A DNA stretch of 64,000 nucleotides from Alphaproteobacteria bacterium (GTDB lineage Bacteria > Pseudomonadota > Alphaproteobacteria > GCA-2731375): positions 384,001 through 448,000 of the forward strand of contig CBDDPY010000002.1 of NCBI GenBank assembly GCA_965232515.1, read 5' to 3'. Shown piece after piece: positions 37,062 to 46,705 of the stretch; positions within the stretch are counted from its first letter, which is position 1, and the number at the start of each line of letters is the position of its first letter. The translations under genes and the position numbers were made by a program. The notes below the pieces were generated by a model. That model did no database searches, had not been told where the DNA came from, and worked only from the letters and a program-made list of their open reading frames with translations.

Positions 37062-37447
37062 CATCGGACCGTCGGGCACGGAGCCGCGGCTTCACCTTGA
37101 TCGAGGTGCTGGTCGCCTTCGCGCTCGTCGCGCTGATCCTGGGCGCGGCGTTACGGTTGGTGTCGGGCGGCCTGAACGACAGCGATGCCGCCGAGCGGCA
37201 TACTCTCGCGGTTCTGGTGGCGGAGTCCCGGCTCGCCGAAGTGGGTGCGGCGGCGCCGCTGGAACCGGGCATCACCGAGGGCTCCGCATCCGACATCTAT
37301 CGTTGGCGACGGGAGATCAGATTGCTGGATGGCCAGACCGACGCCGACCCGCTGCCACTCTACGCGGTGACGGTCGATGTGACCTGGGACGATGGACCCG
37401 GCGTCCGCCTCGCCACGCTGCGACCGGGGCGGTCAGACCCGCCATGA
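37058..37447 (+). CDS. gspI: T2SS minor pseudopilin I
   Basis: Prepilin site RGFTLIEVLVA; size and gene order. Confidence 0.8.
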   Translation: MTSDRRARSRGFTLIEVLVAFALVALILGAALRLVSGGLNDSDAAERHTLAVLVAESRLAEVGAAAPLEPGITEGSASDIYRWRREIRLLDGQTDADPLPLYAVTVDVTWDDGPGVRLATLRPGRSDPP

Positions 37448-38040
37448 GCCGGGGATTCACGCTGATCGAGCTGCTGGTGGCGATGACGCTGCTGGCTTTG
37501 ATGTCCGCCGTGCTGTTCGGCGGCCTGCGGCTGGGCGGCAGCGCCGCCGCGCGCGTCGAGGCGCAAGCCGAGAGCCTGGAAGACCTGAGGCTGGTGCAGT
37601 CGTTTCTCCGCCGTCAACTGACATCGGCACAGCCGGTGATCTGGATCGTTAACCGCGAACCGGCGGTCGCCTTCGACGGCCGTTCGGATGGCGTGGATTT
37701 CATCGGTGAGCTGCCGGCCCATCTCGCGACCGGCGGCCGGCAGGCTGTTCGACTGCAAGCCGGGTCCGGCGGCGAGCTGTCGTTGACCTGGCATCCGCTC
37801 GGCGGCAACGAACAGGCCTTCGCGTTTGAGGATGGTCGGCGGCATCGTCTCGCCGACGGTTTGGGCAAGCTGCGTTTCGACTATTTCGGTCAACGGCCAA
37901 TCGACTCACCGGCGCAATGGCACGACACGTGGCAGGGCGCCGATGGCCTGCCGGAGTTGATCCGTGTGCGTAACGAGGACGACGAACCCTCTTGGCCCGA
38001 GCTCATCGTCGCCCCGCGCCTCGATCCGGGTCTGCGCTAA
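37444..38040 (+). CDS. gspJ: T2SS minor pseudopilin J
   Basis: MSRGFTLIELLVAM; W..LPELIR C-terminal motif. Confidence 0.82.
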   Translation: MSRGFTLIELLVAMTLLALMSAVLFGGLRLGGSAAARVEAQAESLEDLRLVQSFLRRQLTSAQPVIWIVNREPAVAFDGRSDGVDFIGELPAHLATGGRQAVRLQAGSGGELSLTWHPLGGNEQAFAFEDGRRHRLADGLGKLRFDYFGQRPIDSPAQWHDTWQGADGLPELIRVRNEDDEPSWPELIVAPRLDPGLR

Positions 38041-38043
38041 TCC

Positions 38044-38964
38044 ATGTGGCCCATCGCACCACCATCCGACAGTAGCCGTGGCTTCGCGCTGATCCTGGTC
38101 TTGTGGGCGCTGGCGCTGTTGTCGACGCTTGCCGTGGCCTTGTCGACGACGGGCCGGTCCGACGTGGCGCTGACCCACAATCTGGTGGAGACCAGCCGCG
38201 CTGCGCATCTTGCGGACGCCGGCATTTACGTCGGCATTCGGGCGTTGCTGACGCCGGAAAACCTGCCGGCGATCGATGACGACGGTCGCAGGCGGCTGGA
38301 TGTCCGCATCGACGGCGCCGAGGTGCGGCTCGTCCTGCAGGATGAGGGCGGCAAGGTCGACGTGAACCAGACGCCACAACGCCTGTTGCGCGGCGCTCTG
38401 TTGGCGGCCGGGGCTGCGGATGGTGAGGCTAACCGCCTTGCCGACGCGATCATGGATTGGCGCGACAGGGACGATCGGCGGCGCGATTTCGGTGCCGAGG
38501 CGTCGGCGTACGAACGCGCCGGACAGCCGGACCGGCCGCGCAACGGTCCATTCGAGCTGCTGAGCGAGCTACGGCTCGTGTTGGGTATGTCCGACGATCT
38601 GTATGCCCGGCTGAAACCGTTCGTCACCATCGACTCGCGGCAGGCCGGTCTCGACCCCGGCCAAGCCTCGGCGGCGCTCCTGCGCGCCGTGCCGGAGCTG
38701 TCGGGTGTCGACGTTCGGCGGTTGCTGGCGATGCGGGGGGATGCCGAACCGGGATCGGCTCTGCCCAACGTCGGTGGCGGCGCGGAGCTCCTGGTCGCCG
38801 GCCATGGCCTCGCCCACACGGTGACGGCCGATGTGGTCCTGCCGTCGGGCGTGGCGTACCGCAGCGAGGCCGTGGTGCTGATCAGCGACGCCGTCGACCG
38901 GCCCTATCGAATCCGGGCTTGGCGGTCGCCGGCCGTCGATGGTGCTGCGCTGGCGGCCCCCTGA
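38044..38964 (+). CDS. gspK: T2SS minor pseudopilin K
   Basis: RGFALILVLW (no Glu5), DEGGKVDVN, AIMDWRDRD, ELRLVLGM. Confidence 0.9.
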   Translation: MWPIAPPSDSSRGFALILVLWALALLSTLAVALSTTGRSDVALTHNLVETSRAAHLADAGIYVGIRALLTPENLPAIDDDGRRRLDVRIDGAEVRLVLQDEGGKVDVNQTPQRLLRGALLAAGAADGEANRLADAIMDWRDRDDRRRDFGAEASAYERAGQPDRPRNGPFELLSELRLVLGMSDDLYARLKPFVTIDSRQAGLDPGQASAALLRAVPELSGVDVRRLLAMRGDAEPGSALPNVGGGAELLVAGHGLAHTVTADVVLPSGVAYRSEAVVLISDAVDRPYRIRAWRSPAVDGAALAAP

Positions 38965-38985
38965 AGAACGCCGTATAAGAATCGC

Positions 38986-40023
38986 ATGACGGCGACGCTT
39001 TCTTCCGGACCGGCGGCCGACGGCGGGTCGACGCTTCGGCGTTTCACGCGGTGGTGGGGCGGCGAGCTCGCTGCTCTGGTGCCGGGCGGCTTGCGTCGCG
39101 CGATCGGACTGGAAAGCCCCGAGCTGCTGATCCTGGCGCGGTCCGACGATCTTCGCCTGCGCCGCCGTCGGGGCGGCCGGTTGGAGGAACTGGGTGGCCT
39201 GGACGCCGTACCGGCCGGCGCGGACGATGCCCGTATCGTTCTGCAGATCCCGGCTGAACGGGCGTTTGTAAAGACCGTGCAGCTGCCGCTCGCCGCATCG
39301 GAAAACCTGCCCGAAGTCCTGGCCTTCGAGATGGACCGGCAGACGCCGTTCCAGCCCGACCAGGTTCATTTCGGATATTCCGTGCTTGCCCGTAACACGG
39401 CGGAGAAGACATTGCAGGTTCGCCTCTCGGTCGTTCCGAGATCCGTGGTCGCGGGCGCGCTCGAACAGCTCCGTCGACGGGAGATAACGGCCGACGCGAT
39501 CGAGATTGTCGATGCTGACCGCTTGATCGGCGTGCCCGCTGGTGCGCCGCAGACAACAGGCATCGGGCGTCTGAACGGCCTGCTGATGGTGCTGTGCCTG
39601 TTGCTTCTGATCGCGGCCGTCGCCTCACCGGCGGCCGTCCGCTACTACCGCATTGCCGAAATGGATCGGGAGATCGCGGCCCTGAAGCCGCGCGCCGAGG
39701 CGGCGCTGGCCCGGCGCGGCGATACCGACCGGCAGACCGAAGGCGCGATGCAGGCGATCGCCGCCCGCGCGGCGGCGCCCTTCGCGACCGCTGTGCTCGA
39801 GGAGGTGACGCGATTGCTGCCGGATGACACCTGGCTGGCGCAATTCAACATCGTCTCCGGACGGGTCGAGATCGAAGGTTCGACTGCGTCGGCAACGAAT
39901 TTGGTGCCGCTGCTCGAGGGCTCGCCGCTGTTTGCGGCCGTATCCTTCCGGGCCCCGCTGACAACCAATGCCGTGACCCGGCGCGAGCACTTCCAGTTCG
40001 TAATCGAGTTGTCGCCGCGATGA
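38986..40023 (+). CDS. gspL: T2SS protein L (PilN-like domain)
   Basis: FTRWWGGEL, LPLAASENL..VLAFEMDRQTPF, TM, LPDDTWL. Confidence 0.82.
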   Translation: MTATLSSGPAADGGSTLRRFTRWWGGELAALVPGGLRRAIGLESPELLILARSDDLRLRRRRGGRLEELGGLDAVPAGADDARIVLQIPAERAFVKTVQLPLAASENLPEVLAFEMDRQTPFQPDQVHFGYSVLARNTAEKTLQVRLSVVPRSVVAGALEQLRRREITADAIEIVDADRLIGVPAGAPQTTGIGRLNGLLMVLCLLLLIAAVASPAAVRYYRIAEMDREIAALKPRAEAALARRGDTDRQTEGAMQAIAARAAAPFATAVLEEVTRLLPDDTWLAQFNIVSGRVEIEGSTASATNLVPLLEGSPLFAAVSFRAPLTTNAVTRREHFQFVIELSPR

Positions 40024-40574
40024 GCCGGATATTGCAGCGCCTGGCGGCCGTCGCCCTGCTTCTGCTTGTTGTGGTCGTCGGCTATGCGGGCCTCGCCGCG
40101 CCGTTGGCCGCGCATTATGCCGTGCTGGAACAGCGTGAGCGGCAGACGGCCCGGCTGTTGGAGCGTTACCGACGCATCGTCGCCCGAACGGAAGCGCCGT
40201 CAGCCGCGACCGGTACGCATAATCTCCCGCTGACAGAAATCTACCTGCCGGGTGAAAGCCCGGCTCAAGCCGTGGCGGCGCTGCAGGACCGTGTGAAGTT
40301 CGCGGCCGCTGACGCCGGCGCGCGGCTGGGCAGCGTCGAGGTGCTGGCGCCCCGCGCCGACGGCGGCCTGAACCGTCAGGCTGTCCGGGCCCGTTTCACC
40401 GCCGACACACAATCCCTGCAAAAGGTACTCCACAGCCTGGAATCGAGCCGGCCGCTGCTGCTGCTGAACAATCTCTACGTCCGGGCGCGGGATACGCGGT
40501 CGGACACGTCGCAGCTTCGGCTCGACATCCGAATCGACGTCGTCGGTTTCGCCGGCGGGGCGGCGGGATCGTGA
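40020..40574 (+). CDS. gspM: T2SS protein M
   Basis: N-terminal TM; LHSLESSRPLLLLNNL; gene order. Confidence 0.8.
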   Translation: MSRILQRLAAVALLLLVVVVGYAGLAAPLAAHYAVLEQRERQTARLLERYRRIVARTEAPSAATGTHNLPLTEIYLPGESPAQAVAALQDRVKFAAADAGARLGSVEVLAPRADGGLNRQAVRARFTADTQSLQKVLHSLESSRPLLLLNNLYVRARDTRSDTSQLRLDIRIDVVGFAGGAAGS

Positions 40575-41077
40575 AGACGCGCGCCCGTCGAAGGCTCGGC
40601 CTCGTGCTGGGACTTGCCTGTCTGCTGTTCGGGCTGGCGACGGCCGTGCCGTGGCTGGGTGTCGCCGGCGGCCCTCCGCCGGTTTCTGCGGTCGGTGCGT
40701 CCGCCAACACCACCGACCGGCCACGGGTCGATCTCGCCGCGCTGACCGTGCCCGGCCTCGAGGCTTATTCGCAAACCCGCGAACGGCCGTTGTTCCTATC
40801 GACCCGGCGCGTGATCGCAGCCGCGCCAGACAACGCGGGCGATGCGCCCGCCGGGCTGATGGACCGCTATGTCTTCACGGGCGTCGTCATCGCGCCGGAC
40901 CAGCGGCTGGTCCTGCTGCGGCCGATTGGCGGCGGCGGCGTCCGGCGTGTCGCCGAGGGCGACGTGCTGGACGGCTGGCTGATCGAGGAGATCGCCAACG
41001 ATTTCCTGACCATTGTCGCCGACGGCCGGCGCGAGGTCGTACCGCTGGTCGGACAAAGCCCGGAAACGCGCCGATAG
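40571..41077 (+). CDS. T2SS protein N/C-like (XpsN type)
   Basis: TM; ERPLFLSTRR; TGVVI..; EGDVLDGW; lies between gspM and gspD. Confidence 0.7.
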   Translation: MKTRARRRLGLVLGLACLLFGLATAVPWLGVAGGPPPVSAVGASANTTDRPRVDLAALTVPGLEAYSQTRERPLFLSTRRVIAAAPDNAGDAPAGLMDRYVFTGVVIAPDQRLVLLRPIGGGGVRRVAEGDVLDGWLIEEIANDFLTIVADGRREVVPLVGQSPETRR

Positions 41078-41136
41078 CGTTAACGCCGGCCTGCAAGTAA
41101 GATGACGTCGCATAATGTGTGGCGGGGCTGAACCCG

Positions 41137-43308
41137 ATGCGAGGCTTGGCGTTTAGGGGAGGGGTTGCGGCTGCGGCGATGGCGCTGCTGCTGACCGCCT
41201 GCGCGCTCGAGCCGGAGCGTCAGTCCGCCGCCGAGGCGCAGCCGCAAGCACAGCCCACCGGGCGTCAGGTGCTCGCTCCGGTACCGCCGCCGGTGACGCC
41301 GCCGGCCGCGCAACCCGTCTCGCGACCCGCCAACGAGCGGGGCGACGACGGGAAGATCGCCGAGATCTATCCGGCCACCGGCGGCACCATCGATCCGGCC
41401 GCCATCGGTACCGGCGCCGCGACGGCCCGGCGCGGCGATATCACGCTCAACTTCACCGATGCCGACGTCCGTCAGGTGGCCCAGGTGGTGCTACGCGACC
41501 TGCTGGGCGTGAACTACGTAATCGATCCGGATGTCCGGGGCACCGTGTCGGTTGAGACCGGCCGGCCGCTGGCGCGGCAGGACCTGATCCCGGTGCTGGA
41601 ATCGATCCTCGAGACCGTGAACGCAGCGCTGGTGCGCAATGCCGGCGTCTACCGCATCACCACGGTGGCGCGGGCGCCGGGCGGTGGCGATTCGCTGCAA
41701 TTGGGCGCCGACGGGCGCGGGTTTGCCGTCTCGGTCTATCCGCTCGCCTATATCGGCGCCGAGGAAATGGCCAGGATCGTGGCGCCGCTACTGCCGGATG
41801 GCCGCGTCGTGCGGGCGGATGCATCGCGCGGTCTGATTACGGTCGCCGGCACCGGTCGCGAGCAGAAGCTGGTGGCGGAGGCCATCGAGATCTTCGATGT
41901 CGATCAGATGGCCGGCACCTCGGTGCTGCTGGAATCGCTGAACAATGTCGAGGTCAACACGCTGGTGTTCGAGCTCGACAACGTCTTTGGCGGCCTGCAG
42001 AAGGGCCCGCTCGCCGGGTTGGTGCGGGTGATCCCGGTCGAGCGCATGAACGCCGTCATGGTGATCTCCAAGCAGCCGCAGTATCTGGACCAGGCCCGCA
42101 ACTGGATCGCCCGGCTCGACCGGACACGCAACGCCAAGGCGCGGCGGCTGTTCGTCTACTACGCCCAGAACGGCAAGGCGGTCGATCTGGCGCAGACCTT
42201 GCGCGGTATCTTCGATGCCGGTGAAGACGGCGCGACGCCGGTGACAGGCGTCAGCCTGGCGCCGGTGTTGGCGGCTGCCGCGGCCGAATCCACCGCCGAG
42301 ACGGCGACTGACGGGGCGCTGCCGACGCCGCCGGCCGCGAAGGCGGAGGACGTCGCCGTCCGCATCATGGCCGACGAGCCGAACAATGCCGTGCTGGTGC
42401 TGGCGACGCCTGCCGAATACGACATCATCGAGGAAGTGCTGGTGAAGCTGGATATCCAGCCGTTGCAGGTGCTGATCGAGGCGACGATCATCGAGATCAG
42501 ACTGCGCGATCAGCTGCGTTTCGGCCTGCAGTATTTCATCAAGTCGGGCGGCCTTGGCATCACTGACACCGGCAACACGGTGCTGACGCGAGGCACCAGC
42601 TCGCTGATCCAGTCCGCATTTCCGGGTTTCTCTTTCACGCTGGCCGATACCGACCAGGCCCGTGCGATCCTGGATACGCTATCGCAGCTCACCGAAGTGA
42701 AGGTCGTGTCGTCGCCGCAGGTCATGGTGCTCGACAACCAGCCGGCGAAGCTGCATGTCGGCGACCAGGTGCCGATCATCACCCAAAGCTCGATCAGCAA
42801 CATCACCGACGACTCTCGCACGGTGAATGCGGTCGAATATCGCGACACCGGCGTCACTCTGGAGGTCACGCCGCGCATCAACGCCAGCGGCCTCGTGACC
42901 CTCGAGATCGCCCAGGAAGTCAGCGACGTGGTCGAGACCGACACCTCGGGCATCGACTCGCCGACAATTCAGCAGCGCCAGATTCTTAGCACCGTCGCCA
43001 TCGCCGGCGGTCAGACCGTGGCCCTCGGCGGGCTTATCCGCGAGAGCTCGAACGACAGCCGTTCGGGTGTGCCGTTCCTGGTCGACCTGCCGGTGGTTGG
43101 GCCACTGTTCGGCGATTCCGCGGCCGACCTCAACCGCACCGAGCTGCTGGTACTGTTGACCCCGAGCGTGGTCCGCAACCAGCGCGAGGCCTATGACCTG
43201 ACGGCAAGCCTGCGCAACCGCTACCAGGCGCTGCTGGACCTGGAGCGCGACGGTGTGCGGCAGCCACGCCGCTTCGGCGACGCGCCTGAAATCAAACTTT
43301 TCGACTGA
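41137..43308 (+). CDS. gspD: T2SS secretin D
   Basis: Lipobox LLTAC; ITLNFTDADV N0 domain; LDIQPLQVLIEATIIE; VGDQVP; GVPFLVDLPVVGPLFG; TELLVLLTP. Confidence 0.95.
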   Translation: MRGLAFRGGVAAAAMALLLTACALEPERQSAAEAQPQAQPTGRQVLAPVPPPVTPPAAQPVSRPANERGDDGKIAEIYPATGGTIDPAAIGTGAATARRGDITLNFTDADVRQVAQVVLRDLLGVNYVIDPDVRGTVSVETGRPLARQDLIPVLESILETVNAALVRNAGVYRITTVARAPGGGDSLQLGADGRGFAVSVYPLAYIGAEEMARIVAPLLPDGRVVRADASRGLITVAGTGREQKLVAEAIEIFDVDQMAGTSVLLESLNNVEVNTLVFELDNVFGGLQKGPLAGLVRVIPVERMNAVMVISKQPQYLDQARNWIARLDRTRNAKARRLFVYYAQNGKAVDLAQTLRGIFDAGEDGATPVTGVSLAPVLAAAAAESTAETATDGALPTPPAAKAEDVAVRIMADEPNNAVLVLATPAEYDIIEEVLVKLDIQPLQVLIEATIIEIRLRDQLRFGLQYFIKSGGLGITDTGNTVLTRGTSSLIQSAFPGFSFTLADTDQARAILDTLSQLTEVKVVSSPQVMVLDNQPAKLHVGDQVPIITQSSISNITDDSRTVNAVEYRDTGVTLEVTPRINASGLVTLEIAQEVSDVVETDTSGIDSPTIQQRQILSTVAIAGGQTVALGGLIRESSNDSRSGVPFLVDLPVVGPLFGDSAADLNRTELLVLLTPSVVRNQREAYDLTASLRNRYQALLDLERDGVRQPRRFGDAPEIKLFD

Positions 43309-44478
43309 TCAGGGCGTGAAGGTCGCGGTGACGGCGTAGTCGCCCGTGCCCGCGCAGCAGTGGCTGATCCTGAGATAGTAGGTGCCGGCGCCCAGCGTCT
43401 CGGAGATCGAGAAGTTGTACCAGGTGCCGTCGTCGTCGCTGCGGGCGATCACGTTGCCGACGCCGTCTTCCAGCGTCGCCACCAGGTCGCTGCCGCCGCT
43501 CGACGACGCGTTGACCGTGCCGCCGCTGGTCGTAATCCGGAACAGATCGACATCGCCATCGGTGCCGATGCGGCCGGCCGTCACGTTGCCCGTGGTCAGC
43601 GCCGTCGCCGAACCGGTCGTCGCCGCATGGTCGTCGGCCGGCGCGCCGACGCTGCCGGTGCCGTCGGTAACGAAGATCTCGAATGCGTCGAGCGCCGTCA
43701 TGCTGGAATTGCTGCCGAACACCAACAGCTTGCCGGCGCCGAGCGGTGTGTCGGCCGGTACCCGGACCGTGGCCGTGATCCGGTCGTTCGCCACGCGCTG
43801 GGCGTTCTCGATGACAATGTTGTCCGGACCCTGCAGGTGCGGCGTGCTGCCGGCGCTGCTGTAGTCGCCGCCGGAAAGCGTCATCGTCGTCGTCGTGCCG
43901 CGCGCGATGAAGACGCGGCTTTGCAGCAACGCGTCCCGCGCCGTGGCGACCACGGTTTCCAGGTCGTTGCCGTTCAGCCCGGCGATCGCGTCGCGCACCG
44001 AAGCGGGCAGCTCGATGCTGCGCTGGATCAGCATCTTCAGCATGTATCCCTGTGCATCGGCCGACGAATCGAACCATTTGCCGCCGACAGAATCGAGCGC
44101 CACGTAGAAGCGTCCGTTCTGGTGCTGGTAGACCTGCCGCAGGTCGATTGCGTTCCCCCCGAGCCGCTCGTAAAGGTCATAGACCCGCAGGTTCGACTTC
44201 GCCCACTGCGTCTCCTCGACCGTGCGATTGACGCTGCCATACAGGCCATTGCGATCCTGGATCGGGTTGTACCACTGCAGGGAGCTGCGTCCCGCGACAT
44301 TGACTTGGGCAAAGTGATCGGACGACTGTGCGCGGTAGGCATCGATGCCGCCGTTCAGCTGCTGGAGGAAGTTGTCGCGGCCCCCAGTATCATCCACGGC
44401 GATCGTGCCAGCCGTCGCCCAGGACGAGGTCAGCAACAAGCAAATAACGGTCAGCGATCCCAGCCGTGTCATGCGCAT
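43309..44478 (-). CDS. Secreted protein with C-terminal PPC (pre-peptidase C-terminal)-like domain
   Basis: Signal peptide; DDHA...GRIGTDGDVDLFRI...ARSDDDG...GTYYLRIS. Confidence 0.75.
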   Translation of the reverse strand: MRMTRLGSLTVICLLLTSSWATAGTIAVDDTGGRDNFLQQLNGGIDAYRAQSSDHFAQVNVAGRSSLQWYNPIQDRNGLYGSVNRTVEETQWAKSNLRVYDLYERLGGNAIDLRQVYQHQNGRFYVALDSVGGKWFDSSADAQGYMLKMLIQRSIELPASVRDAIAGLNGNDLETVVATARDALLQSRVFIARGTTTTMTLSGGDYSSAGSTPHLQGPDNIVIENAQRVANDRITATVRVPADTPLGAGKLLVFGSNSSMTALDAFEIFVTDGTGSVGAPADDHAATTGSATALTTGNVTAGRIGTDGDVDLFRITTSGGTVNASSSGGSDLVATLEDGVGNVIARSDDDGTWYNFSISETLGAGTYYLRISHCCAGTGDYAVTATFTP

Positions 44479-44565
44479 CCCCTGAATGCCCCCATGCCGC
44501 AACGCGTTTCGGGGAAAATTTACCCTATTCGACTTGATGGGACAAAGGTTCCGATGCCACCTCTG

Positions 44566-46008
44566 TCAGCCTTCGAGGCGCCCGATCGGCGCGATCACAT
44601 AGCCGTCCGCCGTCTCCTGAAGGTCGGCGCCGTTTGCCTGCAACTGTTGGCGGAGGGCGGACAGCAACTCGGCGGCGTCAATGGCCCGGCTCGGCGCCAA
44701 TGAAATCGTTCCGCGGACGCCCGGCGCCACCCGATAGGGACGGCGCAGCAGGTCCCCGAAGATCGTCGCGGCCGCTTCCTCGATCGGACTGTTCCGCAGA
44801 TCTACATTGTATCGGCCGCCGAGGCGCAGACCCGGTGTCGCGACCGCCGCCCGCGCCGGTGCGGTCGTCGTCGGCGTCGGTTTGGCGCCGGGCGTTGGCG
44901 GCGTCAACCGGATCCCAGGCTGAACCGGCGCAACTTGTGGCGCCGGCGGCGCACCGGCGAAGTCGGCATCGGTCAGAACCATGATCGGCTGGCCCGTCGG
45001 TGGCCGCTGCAACGGCGACAGCGGTTCGTGTCGCGCCGGGCCATAGCCGATCGGCACGGCGCCGGGGCGCACCGGCCGTGGGCCGGCGGAAGGCGTCACG
45101 CCGCTCAGCGCAAGCCGCTGTGTCGTCCGCGTGCCCGGTGGCGTCAGCTGGATGCGCTGCGTCGGAGGTGGCGAGACGCCACTGTACGGGCGGCTGCCGT
45201 TGCCGCCGATCACGACGGTGTCGAATGGCGGGGCAAGGCCGGCGGTCGGCGCCGGCGGTCGCAGCTGCGGCCGGGTGGCGGGCGCGGCCGGCCGCAGGCG
45301 CGGCTGCGGGACAACGGCAGCTATCGCCCTCTGTGGCGTGGCCGTAGCCGCGGGCGGCGGCGGCGGGGCGGGCGGTGCGGCCGCGGTTGAAGGGGGTGGT
45401 GCCGGCGGTGACGGCGTCGGTGCGGGTGCCGCCGAGGGCGGTGACGTTGCGATTGCGGGCGCGGGACGGGGCGGCGCCGGCGGCTCGGTCCGCAGGGTCG
45501 TGGTCAGCGGCCGGCCCTGATTTGCCGACTCAGCCGTCCGTTGGGACGATTTGGCGGCGCGGAACGCCGCCACCTGATCGGCCGTCATCTCGCGTTCGGA
45601 GACGAAGGCGCCTTCGCGGTAGACCGCCTGCACCAACCGGCCGTCCGGCGATTCGATGACGAACGCGCCGTCCCGGACGCCGTCGCGATAGGTGCCGTAG
45701 ATGCGGTTGCCGTTGGCGAAGGTGATGGTGGCCTCGCCGTGCAGTTCGCCGTCCTTGAACGTGCCCTCGTCGCGCTCGTATTCCCGTCCGTCGGCATACC
45801 AGGTCAGCACGCCGGGACCGGACAGCTTGCCGTCGCGGCAACGACCGGTCCAGCGGATGCTCTCGTTCGGCCGAGGAAAGGGATTGCTGGTCGCACAACC
45901 CGATTCCGGGTCGCGGATCAGACTGCCGGATTGCGCCTGGGCGTCCGCGGCCAGCAGCGCCAGGACCGGCGCAGCGACGATGAACGATATTTGTGCGGGC
46001 CGCCCCAT
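44566..46008 (-). CDS. Exported MORN-repeat protein with Pro-rich linker and C-terminal secretin-N0-like domain
   Basis: Signal peptide; WTGRCRDGKLSGPG, EGTFKDGELHGEA, YGTYRDGVRDG repeats; C-terminus aligns by eye with the GspD N0 domain. Confidence 0.75.
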   Translation of the reverse strand: MGRPAQISFIVAAPVLALLAADAQAQSGSLIRDPESGCATSNPFPRPNESIRWTGRCRDGKLSGPGVLTWYADGREYERDEGTFKDGELHGEATITFANGNRIYGTYRDGVRDGAFVIESPDGRLVQAVYREGAFVSEREMTADQVAAFRAAKSSQRTAESANQGRPLTTTLRTEPPAPPRPAPAIATSPPSAAPAPTPSPPAPPPSTAAAPPAPPPPPAATATPQRAIAAVVPQPRLRPAAPATRPQLRPPAPTAGLAPPFDTVVIGGNGSRPYSGVSPPPTQRIQLTPPGTRTTQRLALSGVTPSAGPRPVRPGAVPIGYGPARHEPLSPLQRPPTGQPIMVLTDADFAGAPPAPQVAPVQPGIRLTPPTPGAKPTPTTTAPARAAVATPGLRLGGRYNVDLRNSPIEEAAATIFGDLLRRPYRVAPGVRGTISLAPSRAIDAAELLSALRQQLQANGADLQETADGYVIAPIGRLEG

Positions 46009-46090
46009 CGCGCGTCAGTATAGCGGAACTCACGCGAACGTCATGGTTGTCGCACTTGTCTGCGCCGCCGGGATGTCCAAATCTGCCGTC

Positions 46091-46705
46091 ATGACCGAAC
46101 TCGACAGCCTGCTCAGCGAGATTCGCGCCTGTCGCGTGTGCGAGGCGCACCTGCCGCTCGGACCGCGGCCGGTGCTGCGCGCCAGTTCTGGCGCCCGAAT
46201 CCTGATCGCCGGTCAGGCGCCAGGCACGAAAGTGCACGAATCGGGCATTCCCTGGAACGACGCCAGCGGCGACCGCCTGCGCGACTGGCTCCAGATCGAC
46301 AACGATACGTTCTACGACGAGCGCCGCATCAACATCGTGCCCATGGGCTTCTGCTATCCCGGCCGCGACGCCCGGGGCGGCGATCTGCCGCCACGACCCG
46401 AATGCGCGACGCACTGGCACACGCGGCTGATGCCGTTGTTGGACCGATCCGAGCTGGTCCTGCTCGTTGGGCAGTACGCGCAAGCCTGGCACCTCGGCAA
46501 GGCGCGCAAGCGGTCGCTCACCGAAACGGTGCGAGCCTGGCGCGACTATGGTCCGCGATATCTGCCGCTGCCGCACCCGTCCTGGCGCACCACCGGCTGG
46601 CAGAAGAAGAACCCCTGGTTCGAGGCCGAGGTGCTGCCCGAATTGCGGGCGCGGATCTCGCCTCTGCTGAAACGACCTAGGGGTAAGGCTGCTTCTGCAC
46701 GTTGA
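46091..46705 (+). CDS. Uracil-DNA glycosylase family protein
   Basis: CRVC, IAGQAPG, WNDASGDRLRDW, MGFCYPG, LPHPSWR. Confidence 0.88.
   Translation: MTELDSLLSEIRACRVCEAHLPLGPRPVLRASSGARILIAGQAPGTKVHESGIPWNDASGDRLRDWLQIDNDTFYDERRINIVPMGFCYPGRDARGGDLPPRPECATHWHTRLMPLLDRSELVLLVGQYAQAWHLGKARKRSLTETVRAWRDYGPRYLPLPHPSWRTTGWQKKNPWFEAEVLPELRARISPLLKRPRGKAASAR

Noticed and set aside
44860-45530. GC-rich low-complexity stretch resembling a tandem repeat or CRISPR
   Set aside because: It encodes the Pro/Ala linker of the MORN-N0 protein. There is no constant repeat-spacer structure, and no CRISPR array or cas gene was seen in the window.
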